Under the pieces are notes generated by a model. It was not told the origin of the DNA, ran no database searches, and saw nothing but the letters and a program-made list of their open reading frames with translations. A DNA stretch of 64,000 bases. Source: Elusimicrobiota bacterium (GTDB taxonomy: Bacteria; Elusimicrobiota; Elusimicrobia; Elusimicrobiales; UBA9959). The position numbers and the translations under genes were made by a program. Numbering within the stretch: position 1 is the first letter of the stretch; every line of letters starts with the position of its first letter. Positions 25,306-34,251 of this stretch are shown piece by piece. The stretch spans positions 1,386-65,385 of the forward strand of contig JAJUJA010000002.1 of assembly GCA_029267355.1 (NCBI GenBank), given 5' to 3'.

Positions 25306-26979
25306 ATGGCCAAAATGTATCCCTCGGGTCTTGTAAGCTTCATAAATTCAAGCGAAAGAGAATTTTATGAGCTCTTAAAAGACAGCCCGGCTACCAGAGA
25401 CTGGACCGTTTTCTATTCTCACAGGCTGGTCTCAGCCAAATACTTAAATGAAATTGATTTCCTCATACTCATTCCAAATCTCGGCGTTTCGCTCATAGAA
25501 TTGAAGGCCAATAACCCAGTAAGGATCTCGCCCGACACCTTCTCATACAGCTATATGGGCAAGATTACTGAAAAAGAAAATCCCTTCCGCAAAATAAAAA
25601 ATCTCATAAGCCAGTTCAAAACGGTGCTCAAGCTGCCAGGCGAAGAGCTTGATAAAATATTCGTTTCCCATATACTGATTTTCCCGGAATACAAAAATTT
25701 CTTTGACAGGAAAATCTGTTTTTCTTCAAACTCCGACAATTACATAAACGCCTTTACGGAGAAAAAAGATATACCGGCCAGAATAGAGGAGCTTCACAAA
25801 AAGCAGAGTGAAACAACAAACAGAAAGGACTCCAATCCGGATAAAAATGAGAGCATAGAAATACTGGCGAAAATCGAAAAGATACTTAAAGGAGAATTTG
25901 ATATTGATGAAAGCGTTCTGGCAAGGCAATTTGAACAGGAAAAGGAAGTCGTTTCCAGAAAAAGCCTGTTGTCGCGCTGGCTTATGATAGAAGGCCTGCA
26001 AAAAGCCGTTTTATGCGGGCCGGCCGGATCCGGCAAAACCTTCTGCTGCATTCAGCAGCTTATAAAAAAGGCGAATGAGGGCCTTAAATGCGCCTATTTC
26101 TGCCAAAGCAGTCTCGCAGCGGTAAAGCTTTCCAGAGATTTTTCAAAAACTGAAAATATTGAAATTTTTGATTTGCGCTCCTATCTTATAAGGAAACTTA
26201 AAAAGGCCGCAAATGATCAGTCGCCGGTTCAGGAATTGATTAAGGAGCTGCTCAAAGTTTCTCCTCGGCCGCAATATGATTTTATCGCCGCGGATGACGC
26301 CGAATTTTATCTCTCTGCGCAGTTTCTTTCTTTCGCAGATAAAATTCTCAAAAACGGGCTTAAGGACGGCTTCTTTTGGGCCGCGGCAGATGAGGACTTT
26401 ATCATCAAGGATAAACGTGATTCCTTCAATGACGCTCTGGCAAGCTTTAATCTCAAAGGCCTCAAGATAAAAATGGGAGCCAATCACAGGCATTCGCAAA
26501 AAATATCATCCATGCTTTCTTCATTTGCCGGAAAAACTTTATACGAAGACAGCGAAGTCTCCTCTTTATCATCCGTTCAGGCCTTCCCCTATTCTCAAAG
26601 CCAGGAAGCATATCTGGACCTGCTTCTTGAGCCCTTGCTGCAAAAATTCAAGCCCTCAGAAATCGCTCTGATAAGCGTTAAAGACCTGAAGAATTCCCTG
26701 GCCTTCAGATTGAAAGAGGAGAACAGGGGCTGGGGCAAAAGAATGGCCGCACTGTCTTCGCCTCAAGAGGGCTTTCTGCGTTACGGAGACATAAATTCCT
26801 TCTGCGGCCTTGAAACGAAAGTGGCGGTAATAACGGATATAGATCAGGATTTCCTTTCAAATCCTGATGCCGGTCTGATTCTCTATAAGGCGGCTTCAAA
26901 GGGGCTTTTCAAAATAATTTTTCTGGTTGAAGAAAAAGCGAAAGAGCTTTTTTCCGCCTATACCAGAGGCGAATTATGA
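25306..26979 (+). CDS. NERD-domain nuclease fused to a P-loop (SF1/UvrD-like) helicase-like domain
   Basis: The NERD PD-(D/E)xK core is EIDFLILIPNLGVSLIELK. Walker A is CGPAGSGKTF and the Walker B-like segment is FIAADDAEF. The C-terminal block CGLETKVAVITDID resembles the UvrD_C KGLEF..V motif. I prefer the ATG at 25306 over the TTG at 25285. Confidence 0.7.
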   Translation: MAKMYPSGLVSFINSSEREFYELLKDSPATRDWTVFYSHRLVSAKYLNEIDFLILIPNLGVSLIELKANNPVRISPDTFSYSYMGKITEKENPFRKIKNLISQFKTVLKLPGEELDKIFVSHILIFPEYKNFFDRKICFSSNSDNYINAFTEKKDIPARIEELHKKQSETTNRKDSNPDKNESIEILAKIEKILKGEFDIDESVLARQFEQEKEVVSRKSLLSRWLMIEGLQKAVLCGPAGSGKTFCCIQQLIKKANEGLKCAYFCQSSLAAVKLSRDFSKTENIEIFDLRSYLIRKLKKAANDQSPVQELIKELLKVSPRPQYDFIAADDAEFYLSAQFLSFADKILKNGLKDGFFWAAADEDFIIKDKRDSFNDALASFNLKGLKIKMGANHRHSQKISSMLSSFAGKTLYEDSEVSSLSSVQAFPYSQSQEAYLDLLLEPLLQKFKPSEIALISVKDLKNSLAFRLKEENRGWGKRMAALSSPQEGFLRYGDINSFCGLETKVAVITDIDQDFLSNPDAGLILYKAASKGLFKIIFLVEEKAKELFSAYTRGEL

Positions 26980-27443
26980 AAAAAAACATATTCAAGCCGC
27001 AAATGGGCAAAGGCGACAGCGGTTGCACGGACATCAAATCAAAAAGAGTAAAAAAAACTGACACGATAATACTGTTAAACGCAATGCTTGACGAATTAAA
27101 CGCTTTGCTCGGATTTTGCAGATCTCAAAAGGCGGATAAAAAAATATTTGAAATTCAAAAAGAGCTTTTGGACGTCTCCGCAGTTATAGCCGGGTATAAA
27201 GATGCTCGGGAAGCGCAAAAGCTGGCTGATAATCTCGCCGAAAAAATCAGGGAATTGCCGCTAAAAAAGAATCTTCCGGAAAAATTTTTGATATTCGGCA
27301 AAGATAAAAGAGCTTCCATTTTGAATCTGGCCAGGGCCAAGGCGAGAATAGCCGAGATAAAGGCCTGGGAAGCTGGACTGAAAAAGCCCGCGGTATATCT
27401 CAACAGACTTTCAGATTATCTCTTTCTTTTATCGCTTGAATAA
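26976..27443 (+). CDS. PduO-type ATP:cob(I)alamin adenosyltransferase-like protein (short form)
   Basis: N-terminal GKGDSGCTDI...RVKKTDTIILLNAMLDELNALLGF matches the PduO/MMAB signature (G.GD.G.T.L...R..K......A.G..DELN). ATGA overlap with the upstream gene. Confidence 0.7.
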   Translation: MKKNIFKPQMGKGDSGCTDIKSKRVKKTDTIILLNAMLDELNALLGFCRSQKADKKIFEIQKELLDVSAVIAGYKDAREAQKLADNLAEKIRELPLKKNLPEKFLIFGKDKRASILNLARAKARIAEIKAWEAGLKKPAVYLNRLSDYLFLLSLE

Positions 27444-29033
27444 TTACATTCTTTCAGGCGCGCTGACGCCTATCATTGAAAGGCCGCGCCTTATGGCAAG
27501 AGCCACAGCGCCCATTAAAGCCAGTCTCACAGCGCTTGCCTGCTTATTTGTCTCATCAACAACCTTATGCCTGTCATAGAAAGAATGAAAAAGACCTGCC
27601 AATTCCGTCAAATATGTCGGTATATGATGCGGCGAAAGCTCCTTCTCGCATTGCAAAAGAACTTTTTCCATATAAACAACTTTCAGCAGAAGCTTTCTTT
27701 CATCGTCATTTAATCTGTATGACGCCCAGTCGGGCTTTATGCCTGAAAGCCCTTTCTGGGCCGCATTTTCAAATATGGAATTAATTCTGGCATGAACATA
27801 CTGAACATAAAAGACCGGGTTTTCATTGCTTTTTTTCTTGGCCAGATCTATGTCAAAAACAAGATGGGTCTTCGGCGAGCGTATTGTAAAGAAAAAACGG
27901 CAGGCATCAGTTCCCACTTCGGATATAAGCTCGCTTAAGGTCACGAATTCGCCGGCTCTCTTGGACATCTTTACGGTTTCTCCGCCTTTCTTCAATGAAA
28001 CAAGCTGATGAATTATTACAGTGAAGGCCTCCGGCGGATAGCCAAGCGCTTCCAGCCCGGCCTTCATTCTCGGCACATAGCCGTGATGGTCTGCGCCCCA
28101 GATATCTATGACCTTATTGAAACCTCTGGAAAATTTATCCGCATGATAGGCGAGGTCATTGAGGAAATAAGTGTTTATCCCGCCGCTTTTTACCAGAACG
28201 CGGTCCTTGTCGTCTGAGCCGGATTCAGCCAGGCCAAGCCATATGGCGCCGTCCTTTTCATAGGCCATATTTTTTTCTTTAAGCGCGGCCAGCGTTTTGG
28301 CGGGAAGATTTCTTTCATGCAAAGAGCTTTCTTCAAACCAGAGGTCAAAATCGACATTAAAATCGGCCATTACTTTCTTTTGCGAACTTACTATTTTTTC
28401 CATCGCAAAAGCGCCGAACTTCTCCGGCGGCCACGAAGCCGCCTCTTCCGGCACTTCTGCCGCTATATCTTTGAGATATTCGCCGTGATAACCCTCATCT
28501 GGCACTGGCTGTCCTGAAAATCTGGCTTTAAGAGACAGGCCGAGCATTCTGACCTGATTGCCCACATTGTTTATATAATACTCTCTGCTAACGCCGTAGC
28601 CGAGAGCCGATAAAATTCTGGCCAGGCTGTCTCCGAGAGAGGCGCCGCTGCCGCTAGCCAGATGCAGGGGGCCGGTGGGGTTGGCAGACACGAATTCTAT
28701 GTTTATCTTCGTTTTTTCCTTTTCCGGAGAAGAAAAATATTTTTCGCTTTTAAAGGCGTCCAAAAATTCAGGGAAAAAAGAATCCTTCAGCTTGAAATTC
28801 AGAAAACCGCCGGTATTTTGAACATCCATGATTGAAGACAGGGCGCCGGCCGCCAGCTTTGCCGTTTCAACAGGATTCTTCCCGGCTCTCTTTGCCGCAG
28901 ACATGGCAAAACTGCTGGCAAGGTCCGCCCCTATATGCGGCGGCGGTTCGGTAAAGGAGAAATTCTCAGCTTCTATGCCGAAATCTTTCTGTAAAAGTTT
29001 TCTGGCCTGTTCTTCAAGATTTCTTATAAGCAT
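27444..29033 (-). CDS. argS: Arginine--tRNA ligase
   Basis: HIGH-type motif (ANPTGPLHLASG), KMSK motif (VKMSKRAG) and a DALR anticodon-binding C-terminus ending ...APERM. I prefer the ATG at 29033. The track start at 29213 adds an out-of-context 60-aa basic extension over the rsfS tail. Confidence 0.92.
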   Translation of the reverse strand: MLIRNLEEQARKLLQKDFGIEAENFSFTEPPPHIGADLASSFAMSAAKRAGKNPVETAKLAAGALSSIMDVQNTGGFLNFKLKDSFFPEFLDAFKSEKYFSSPEKEKTKINIEFVSANPTGPLHLASGSGASLGDSLARILSALGYGVSREYYINNVGNQVRMLGLSLKARFSGQPVPDEGYHGEYLKDIAAEVPEEAASWPPEKFGAFAMEKIVSSQKKVMADFNVDFDLWFEESSLHERNLPAKTLAALKEKNMAYEKDGAIWLGLAESGSDDKDRVLVKSGGINTYFLNDLAYHADKFSRGFNKVIDIWGADHHGYVPRMKAGLEALGYPPEAFTVIIHQLVSLKKGGETVKMSKRAGEFVTLSELISEVGTDACRFFFTIRSPKTHLVFDIDLAKKKSNENPVFYVQYVHARINSIFENAAQKGLSGIKPDWASYRLNDDERKLLLKVVYMEKVLLQCEKELSPHHIPTYLTELAGLFHSFYDRHKVVDETNKQASAVRLALMGAVALAIRRGLSMIGVSAPERM

Positions 29034-29490
29034 TTTTCTTTGCGGTTTTTTTGACTGATCTCTTTTTTGGTCCGGCGGCGCTTCTTTTTCTGGAAGTCTT
29101 TGAAGCTGCGGCTTTTTTAACCGTCGCCTTCTTTTTGACTTCGCGCCACGGCAGCTGCTGACATGAAACATACAGCTTGTCCAAAGCGTAAAGCTGTCTT
29201 GTTTCAGGATCAAATATATGGAATATAAAGCCGCCGTAGTCCAAAGCGCGCCATTTGGCGGAAGACGTCCCGTCTTTATGCTGGCTGTAAAGACCTTCTT
29301 TCTTCAATGACATTATCAGCTCTTCCTCAACAGCTTTTATCTGAGGCGTTGATTCAGCGGTAGCCAGCACGGCATAATAGAAAAGCGGGCTGTTCCTGGA
29401 AACGTCGTAAATAACTATGTCGGAGGCTTTCTTGTCATCTGCCAATCTGGCGGCTTTCACTGCAAGTTTGGCATACTGTTGTTTGGTCAT
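29014..29490 (-). CDS. rsfS: Ribosome silencing factor RsfS with a lysine-rich C-terminal tail
   Basis: Core blocks AARLADDKKASDIVIYDV, WRALDYGGFIFHIF and YALDKLY. They are followed by a basic tail of about 40 aa (KKKATVKKAAASKTSRKRSAAGPKKRSVKKTAKKNAYKKS). Confidence 0.85.
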   Translation of the reverse strand: MTKQQYAKLAVKAARLADDKKASDIVIYDVSRNSPLFYYAVLATAESTPQIKAVEEELIMSLKKEGLYSQHKDGTSSAKWRALDYGGFIFHIFDPETRQLYALDKLYVSCQQLPWREVKKKATVKKAAASKTSRKRSAAGPKKRSVKKTAKKNAYKKS

Positions 29491-30338
29491 AGAAAATTTT
29501 TCCTGTCTTTAAGTTTATCCATCAGAACGCTTTCCTTGAGGACCGCTATATTTTTCAGTCCGGCGGAAAGTATAAATGATATTGTATTAAATATCACGCT
29601 CCAATTGTTCCTTTCATTCTCTGTCATTTCAGCCTGCGCGTCAAATACTATGTACGCCTGCGTTTTGCCTTTTTCGGAATAAACTATGGCATAGGCGTTT
29701 TCGTCAAGCCAGCCGTTCTCAGAGGGTATTTTAAAAGTTTCATTGCTTTCAAATTCCCTGTTGGATCCGGCCTTTTCATATTCATCATTATAAAAATTGT
29801 AAAAAAAAGACTCTATGTTCCAGCTTCCTTCAAAATAAAAGGCGACCTGCTCCACTATCTCGGAAAGGAATTCCTTCTCCTCGGCGTATTTTTTTGTCAA
29901 AAGCCGGCTTATATCATAGAGAAGCGTAAGCTCTTTGGAAGTGTGCTGAAGACGGCAAAGGGAAACGCTGGTTATGGCGGAAAATAAAGAGAAGCCTTCT
30001 CTGGGGTAGTTCCCGGTCAGCTCATAGAACCCTTCTCTACCTACCTCATAAACAAGGCAGTCTTCCTCCGCCCTGGCCGAGGCGGTCCTTACCGTTTCCT
30101 CTATCACGGCTATCTCGCCGAAAAAATCGCCTTCGCCTACAAAGGCCAGGACCTTATCCTCGCCTTCGCCCATTGATTTCCTTATTGATATGCGCCCCTT
30201 TTCAAGGAAAAAAAGCGAATCGCCCTTTTCATTTTCCCTGAATACAAATTCGCCGGCCTTTATGTTCTTGGGCAAAAAATATTTTTCCATTATTTGCGGA
30301 TTTTTTTTAAGTTCGGCTAAAATATTCTCTTTTCCCAT
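29487..30338 (-). CDS. Cyclic nucleotide-binding domain protein with an uncharacterised C-terminal domain
   Basis: The cNMP-binding cassette is GEFVFRENEKGDSLFFLEKGRISI...GDFFGEIAVIE...RTASARA. The C-terminal 150 aa or so has no motif I recognise. Confidence 0.75.
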   Translation of the reverse strand: MGKENILAELKKNPQIMEKYFLPKNIKAGEFVFRENEKGDSLFFLEKGRISIRKSMGEGEDKVLAFVGEGDFFGEIAVIEETVRTASARAEEDCLVYEVGREGFYELTGNYPREGFSLFSAITSVSLCRLQHTSKELTLLYDISRLLTKKYAEEKEFLSEIVEQVAFYFEGSWNIESFFYNFYNDEYEKAGSNREFESNETFKIPSENGWLDENAYAIVYSEKGKTQAYIVFDAQAEMTENERNNWSVIFNTISFILSAGLKNIAVLKESVLMDKLKDRKNFL

Positions 30339-30350
30339 AATCTTCCCCCA

Positions 30351-31412
30351 TTAAGCCATGGAACAAAGTTTGGCCAGCACTTCCTTGTCATGCGCTTTTG
30401 ACAGAGCCAGCTCTTTGTCTATCACGCCCTGTATGACAAGATTGGCCAGAGACCTGTCCATGGAAATCATGCCGAATTTAGCTCCGGTTTCTATGGCGCC
30501 GTATATCATATGCGTTTTGCCTTCCCTTATAAGATTGGAAATAGCCGGCGTCATTATCATAACTTCTCTGGCGGCGACCCGGCCCTTGCCGTCCTTTCTT
30601 GGAAGAAGTATCTGAGACACCACAGCCTGCAGGCAGGTTGAAAGCTGAACTCTTATCTGAGTCTGCTGATGAGAAGGGAAAACGTCTATTATTCTGTCCA
30701 CGGTTGAAGGCGCGTCCTGAGTATGCAGTGTGGCAAAAGTCAGATGTCCGGTTTCTGAAGCGGTTATGGTAAGCTGTATGGTCTCAAGGTCTCTCATTTC
30801 GCCCACAAGTATGACATTGGGGTCTTCCCTCAAGGCGGCGCGCAAAGCGTGCCCGAAGGATTTGGTATGCTGACCCACTTCCCTTTGCCTTATAAGGCTG
30901 GCTTTTGCCTCATATGTAAATTCTATCGGATCTTCTATGGTGAGTATATGCGATTTTTTCTTCTCATTTATGAGATTTAAAAGGCAGGCCAAAGTCGTTG
31001 ACTTTCCAGAACCAGTGGGACCAGTGACAAGCACAAGGCCTCTGGGCAAATTGGCAAGCTGCACAATGGACGGCATAAGAGCCAGATCTTCGGGGGCCGG
31101 TATTTTGGAAGGAATAACCCTCATAACAGCTTCAACCCCGTTTTTTGTATTAAGAACATTGAGTCTGAACCTTGAAACGCCTGTCAAAGCAAATGAGCAG
31201 TCCAGCTCCCAGGTCTCTTCAAGCCGCCTTTTCTGCTCATCATACAGCAGCGCATAGATCAAAGCCCTAGTATGCTCGGAAGACAGAGGCGCGGACTCGA
31301 CTATGGGGACAAGCTCGCCTGACAACCTCATCATCGGCGGTTTGCCGACCGTTATATGTATATCGCTTGCGCCTTTTTCAACGGCAGTTTTCAAAAGAGT
31401 TGATAAATCCAC
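30351..31412 (-). CDS. pilT: Type IV pilus retraction ATPase
   Basis: ASDIHI block, Walker A GPTGSGKSTT, Walker B/Asp box ILVGEMRD and the His box. 353 aa, as expected for PilT. GTG start. Confidence 0.92.
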   Translation of the reverse strand: MDLSTLLKTAVEKGASDIHITVGKPPMMRLSGELVPIVESAPLSSEHTRALIYALLYDEQKRRLEETWELDCSFALTGVSRFRLNVLNTKNGVEAVMRVIPSKIPAPEDLALMPSIVQLANLPRGLVLVTGPTGSGKSTTLACLLNLINEKKKSHILTIEDPIEFTYEAKASLIRQREVGQHTKSFGHALRAALREDPNVILVGEMRDLETIQLTITASETGHLTFATLHTQDAPSTVDRIIDVFPSHQQTQIRVQLSTCLQAVVSQILLPRKDGKGRVAAREVMIMTPAISNLIREGKTHMIYGAIETGAKFGMISMDRSLANLVIQGVIDKELALSKAHDKEVLAKLCSMA

Positions 31413-31421
31413 ATGCCCTCC

Positions 31422-32273
31422 CTATTTTACGAACGCAAAATCTTCTCCTGCTATAATCTCAGCTTCGTAGATATTATACTTTTCTTTTTTTACTTTCACG
31501 GCCGAATCTTTTATGCCGAGCTCTCCGGCAAGTTTCCTTGCGCCGTAACCGCCGCTGTCATAAGAAATTATCTCGGTTTTTTTCCTGGCTTTGGTCTTTT
31601 TGAAATCCATAATATCAAAACCTTTGGACCTTAGAAAAGAAAGAGTCTTTTCTATATCATGCTTTTTGCCGGAAGCGTCGGTGAATCTTATTTTTATCTT
31701 TTCAGACAAAAGCCTTTCATCTCCTTTTTCTTCCTCTTCATCATTCTTTGCGCTGTCAACCTCAATATAAGAAAAATCCAGCGGCTTGGCCCTGAGTATC
31801 TCAAAATAAACCGAAAGTCTGTCTGCAGTATTCAAATTAGAGCGCGAACCTGAAAAGATTTTGGCAAAAGCGGATGTAAAGGCGGTAAGCTTGCGAGGTT
31901 CCCTGCGCCATGAGCCTAAAAAAGACGATAGAATTTCGGGGGAAACGTTCTCATCAAGACAGGCGTAAAAAAAACTGTCTCTCAAGGGCTCGGCCCCCTC
32001 TATTTTCCTTCTTAATTCATAGGCCCTGTTATAGGCGCTTCCTGAAAGTTTCATTTTACCCGCCGCTTTTATCAGGCGGTATTTGCCCTCGGCAGGCTCA
32101 AAAGCCATAAGCCAGCCGCCTGAGCTTTTTTTCTCATCTCCGCAATAGGCAAGCGAAATCGTGAAACTTTTATTTTTGGCTTTGGTTAAAGACAGCGGAG
32201 ACAGAAAAAAAATCAGGCCGGCAACGGCGCACAAGAGCATATAAACGCAAAGCGCTGTAAATCTCTTATTCAT
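31422..32273 (-). CDS. Membrane-anchored protein with a LytR_C-like C-terminal domain
   Basis: N-terminal TM anchor. The C-terminal segment IKIRFTDASGKKHD...LRSKGFDIMDFKKT...TEIISYD...ARKLAGELG has the LytR C-terminal domain pattern. Confidence 0.5.
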   Translation of the reverse strand: MNKRFTALCVYMLLCAVAGLIFFLSPLSLTKAKNKSFTISLAYCGDEKKSSGGWLMAFEPAEGKYRLIKAAGKMKLSGSAYNRAYELRRKIEGAEPLRDSFFYACLDENVSPEILSSFLGSWRREPRKLTAFTSAFAKIFSGSRSNLNTADRLSVYFEILRAKPLDFSYIEVDSAKNDEEEEKGDERLLSEKIKIRFTDASGKKHDIEKTLSFLRSKGFDIMDFKKTKARKKTEIISYDSGGYGARKLAGELGIKDSAVKVKKEKYNIYEAEIIAGEDFAFVK

Positions 32274-33369
32274 AGGGCAGTATCTCCAGACCTTTTTTTC
32301 TAAGATACTCTTTTTTGGCTTTTCTCATATCAAGGAAAGCATTTTCCAGAGAAGAAAAGGCCTTTTTCCTTATTTTCTCAGAAAGCGGATGTTTTCTGTC
32401 AGGCGAGGCGAAATCGGCTGTCTCAAGTATTTTTGAAAGTTTTGAAGGATTTTTTTTGCCGCAGGAATGCCCAGAAATGGCGGACAAAACCTCCTTATCT
32501 TTGACTGAAAAATTGAAAAACGCCTCAGCCGCGCCGGCATACTGATGAATCACTCCGGGAGCTTTTCCGGCTAAGGCGCGGAAATCCCGGTCCTTAAACA
32601 AAAGAGAAGCTTTCCTTATCTGCTTTTCCAAGGGCCATTCCTTGGCGCAATCATGAAGCAGAGCGGCTAAAAGCGCCTTTTTTGAATCAGCGCCGTGCCT
32701 TTCGGCCAGAGCACAGGCCAGACTGCATACGGCCAAAGTGTGCGAAAATCTCTCTTCAGACATTACTTTTGAAATCCTCATGGCCGTTTTTGAAAAATAA
32801 ATGTCCTTTGAGATAATCTCTCTCTTGACCGCCGGCGGCAGCAGGGAGAAATCTCCGGAAAGAATTTTTTCTCTTGCCGAACTGGATGAAAAGTCGGGAT
32901 AAACTTTTTTAAGAGAAATAAACCTTTTATCTTTGCCGGCCCTGAAGTTTTCCCTTGGCGCTATAACTATTCTGCAATTGGCCAGTATATAATCGGGTCT
33001 TTTCCATTTTTTGAAGGAGGCAATCAAATCAGAGCCCATGAGAAAAAAAAACTCATGTTCCGGATGTTTGTTTTTTAGATATCTTATTAATTGCCAGGTA
33101 TAAGTTTTTCTTTTCCTTTCCGCTTCAAAGCGGCTTATGCGAAGTATGCTGCGGAATTTGAAATCAGAAAAAGCTTTTTTCAGCAGACTCTCTCTTTGCT
33201 CATAAGAAGCCCAATGTCCGTATTTAAAAGGGGACTGCCACGACGGCACTGCAAGTATCAGGTCAGGCCTGACAAGCTTAGCCGCATCTGTCAGGGCCTT
33301 AATATGCATCTTATGCGGCGGGTCAAAGCTTCCGCCGAATATCAAAATCCTGCCTGTTTTGGTCTCCAT
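32266..33369 (-). CDS. nadD: Fusion of nicotinate-nucleotide adenylyltransferase (NadD) and the YqeK HD-domain hydrolase
   Basis: The N-terminal part has GGSFDPPHKMH, the (H/T)xGH nucleotidyltransferase motif. The C-terminal part has the HD-domain residues HTLAV...LLHDCAKE. Confidence 0.85.
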   Translation of the reverse strand: METKTGRILIFGGSFDPPHKMHIKALTDAAKLVRPDLILAVPSWQSPFKYGHWASYEQRESLLKKAFSDFKFRSILRISRFEAERKRKTYTWQLIRYLKNKHPEHEFFFLMGSDLIASFKKWKRPDYILANCRIVIAPRENFRAGKDKRFISLKKVYPDFSSSSAREKILSGDFSLLPPAVKREIISKDIYFSKTAMRISKVMSEERFSHTLAVCSLACALAERHGADSKKALLAALLHDCAKEWPLEKQIRKASLLFKDRDFRALAGKAPGVIHQYAGAAEAFFNFSVKDKEVLSAISGHSCGKKNPSKLSKILETADFASPDRKHPLSEKIRKKAFSSLENAFLDMRKAKKEYLRKKGLEILPYE

Positions 33370-33384
33370 AAAGTTGTATAATAT

Positions 33385-34251
33385 ATGATAGCATTTTACC
33401 TTTCCGCAGCTTTAAAGCGGAAAGTTATTGCGAGATTATTTATGTCAAACAATAGAGAGAACGCTTTAATTCTTGTTCTTCATGCTCCTGAAACAGAGTT
33501 TATTTTTCCTCAATTAAAGGACGCCTTCGGCGCCGAGAGAGCTCTACATATAAACAAGGACCTTTATATACAGGCCTGGCGGCTGGCGGAATCATTTAAA
33601 TCGGCCATAAAAATAATCGCCTATTCAAAGACAATGAAGCATCCTGATCTGACATGGCTGTCGGCTGAAGACCCGGGCTTTCTGGAATGCCACGGCAAAG
33701 ATTACTCAGAGATGGCCTATATGGCCTCAAATCTGGCTTTTACAACCGGCTGCAAAAGAGCCGTATTCATAAACCATCTGTGCCCCTTTATTACGGAACA
33801 GCATCTGGAATTTGCCTTTTCCAAAATTTCAGAAAAAAATTGCGTTCTTGGCTCTTCGCCTGAAGGAAGAGTATATCTGGCAGGTTTCAGCAGAGAAAAT
33901 CTCAAGATAATGGAAGGCTTTTCACTCTGGCAGGAGAATTATCTGCAGGAAATGCTTGAAAAGGCCAAGAGAAATAAGGCATCTGTTACCGGCATGGAGG
34001 ATTTGACAGTTGTAAAAGATGAGCTCACGCTTAAAAACTGGCTTGAGGCAAGAGGTTCGCAGTCTTCTTCCATTTTCTCTGAAATTCTAAAAAATGCCGG
34101 CCATTCGGAAATCAGAGAAGGCAATCACAAAAGAAAAAGAAGGGAAAAACACGAAAAGGAAACATTTGCTATTGAAACGCCCAGGGAAGAGGAGCCGAAA
34201 GCGGCTGAAAACGGACAAAATTCAGAAGTCAATGATAAGGAGGGGCAATGA
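33385..34251 (+). CDS. DUF2064-like (nucleotide-diphospho-sugar transferase fold) protein with a charged C-terminal tail
   Basis: Weak pattern match (ALILVLHAP..., RAVFINHLCPFIT, VLGSSPEGRVYLAGFS). The start is uncertain: the ATG at 33442 (MSNNREN) is an alternative. Confidence 0.35.
   Translation: MIAFYLSAALKRKVIARLFMSNNRENALILVLHAPETEFIFPQLKDAFGAERALHINKDLYIQAWRLAESFKSAIKIIAYSKTMKHPDLTWLSAEDPGFLECHGKDYSEMAYMASNLAFTTGCKRAVFINHLCPFITEQHLEFAFSKISEKNCVLGSSPEGRVYLAGFSRENLKIMEGFSLWQENYLQEMLEKAKRNKASVTGMEDLTVVKDELTLKNWLEARGSQSSSIFSEILKNAGHSEIREGNHKRKRREKHEKETFAIETPREEEPKAAENGQNSEVNDKEGQ

Noticed and set aside
29034-29213. A 60-aa basic N-terminal extension of argS in the track.
   Set aside because: It is the alternative frame of the rsfS lysine-rich tail. 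The argS homology begins near the ATG at 29033.
33377-33387. The TATAAT at 33377-33382 as another leaderless promoter for the ORF starting at 33385.
   Set aside because: The spacing to the ATG is only 2 nt, which is incompatible with the N6-7 pattern seen elsewhere. The real start may be the ATG at 33442, with this -10 element giving a leader of about 50 nt. This is unresolved.
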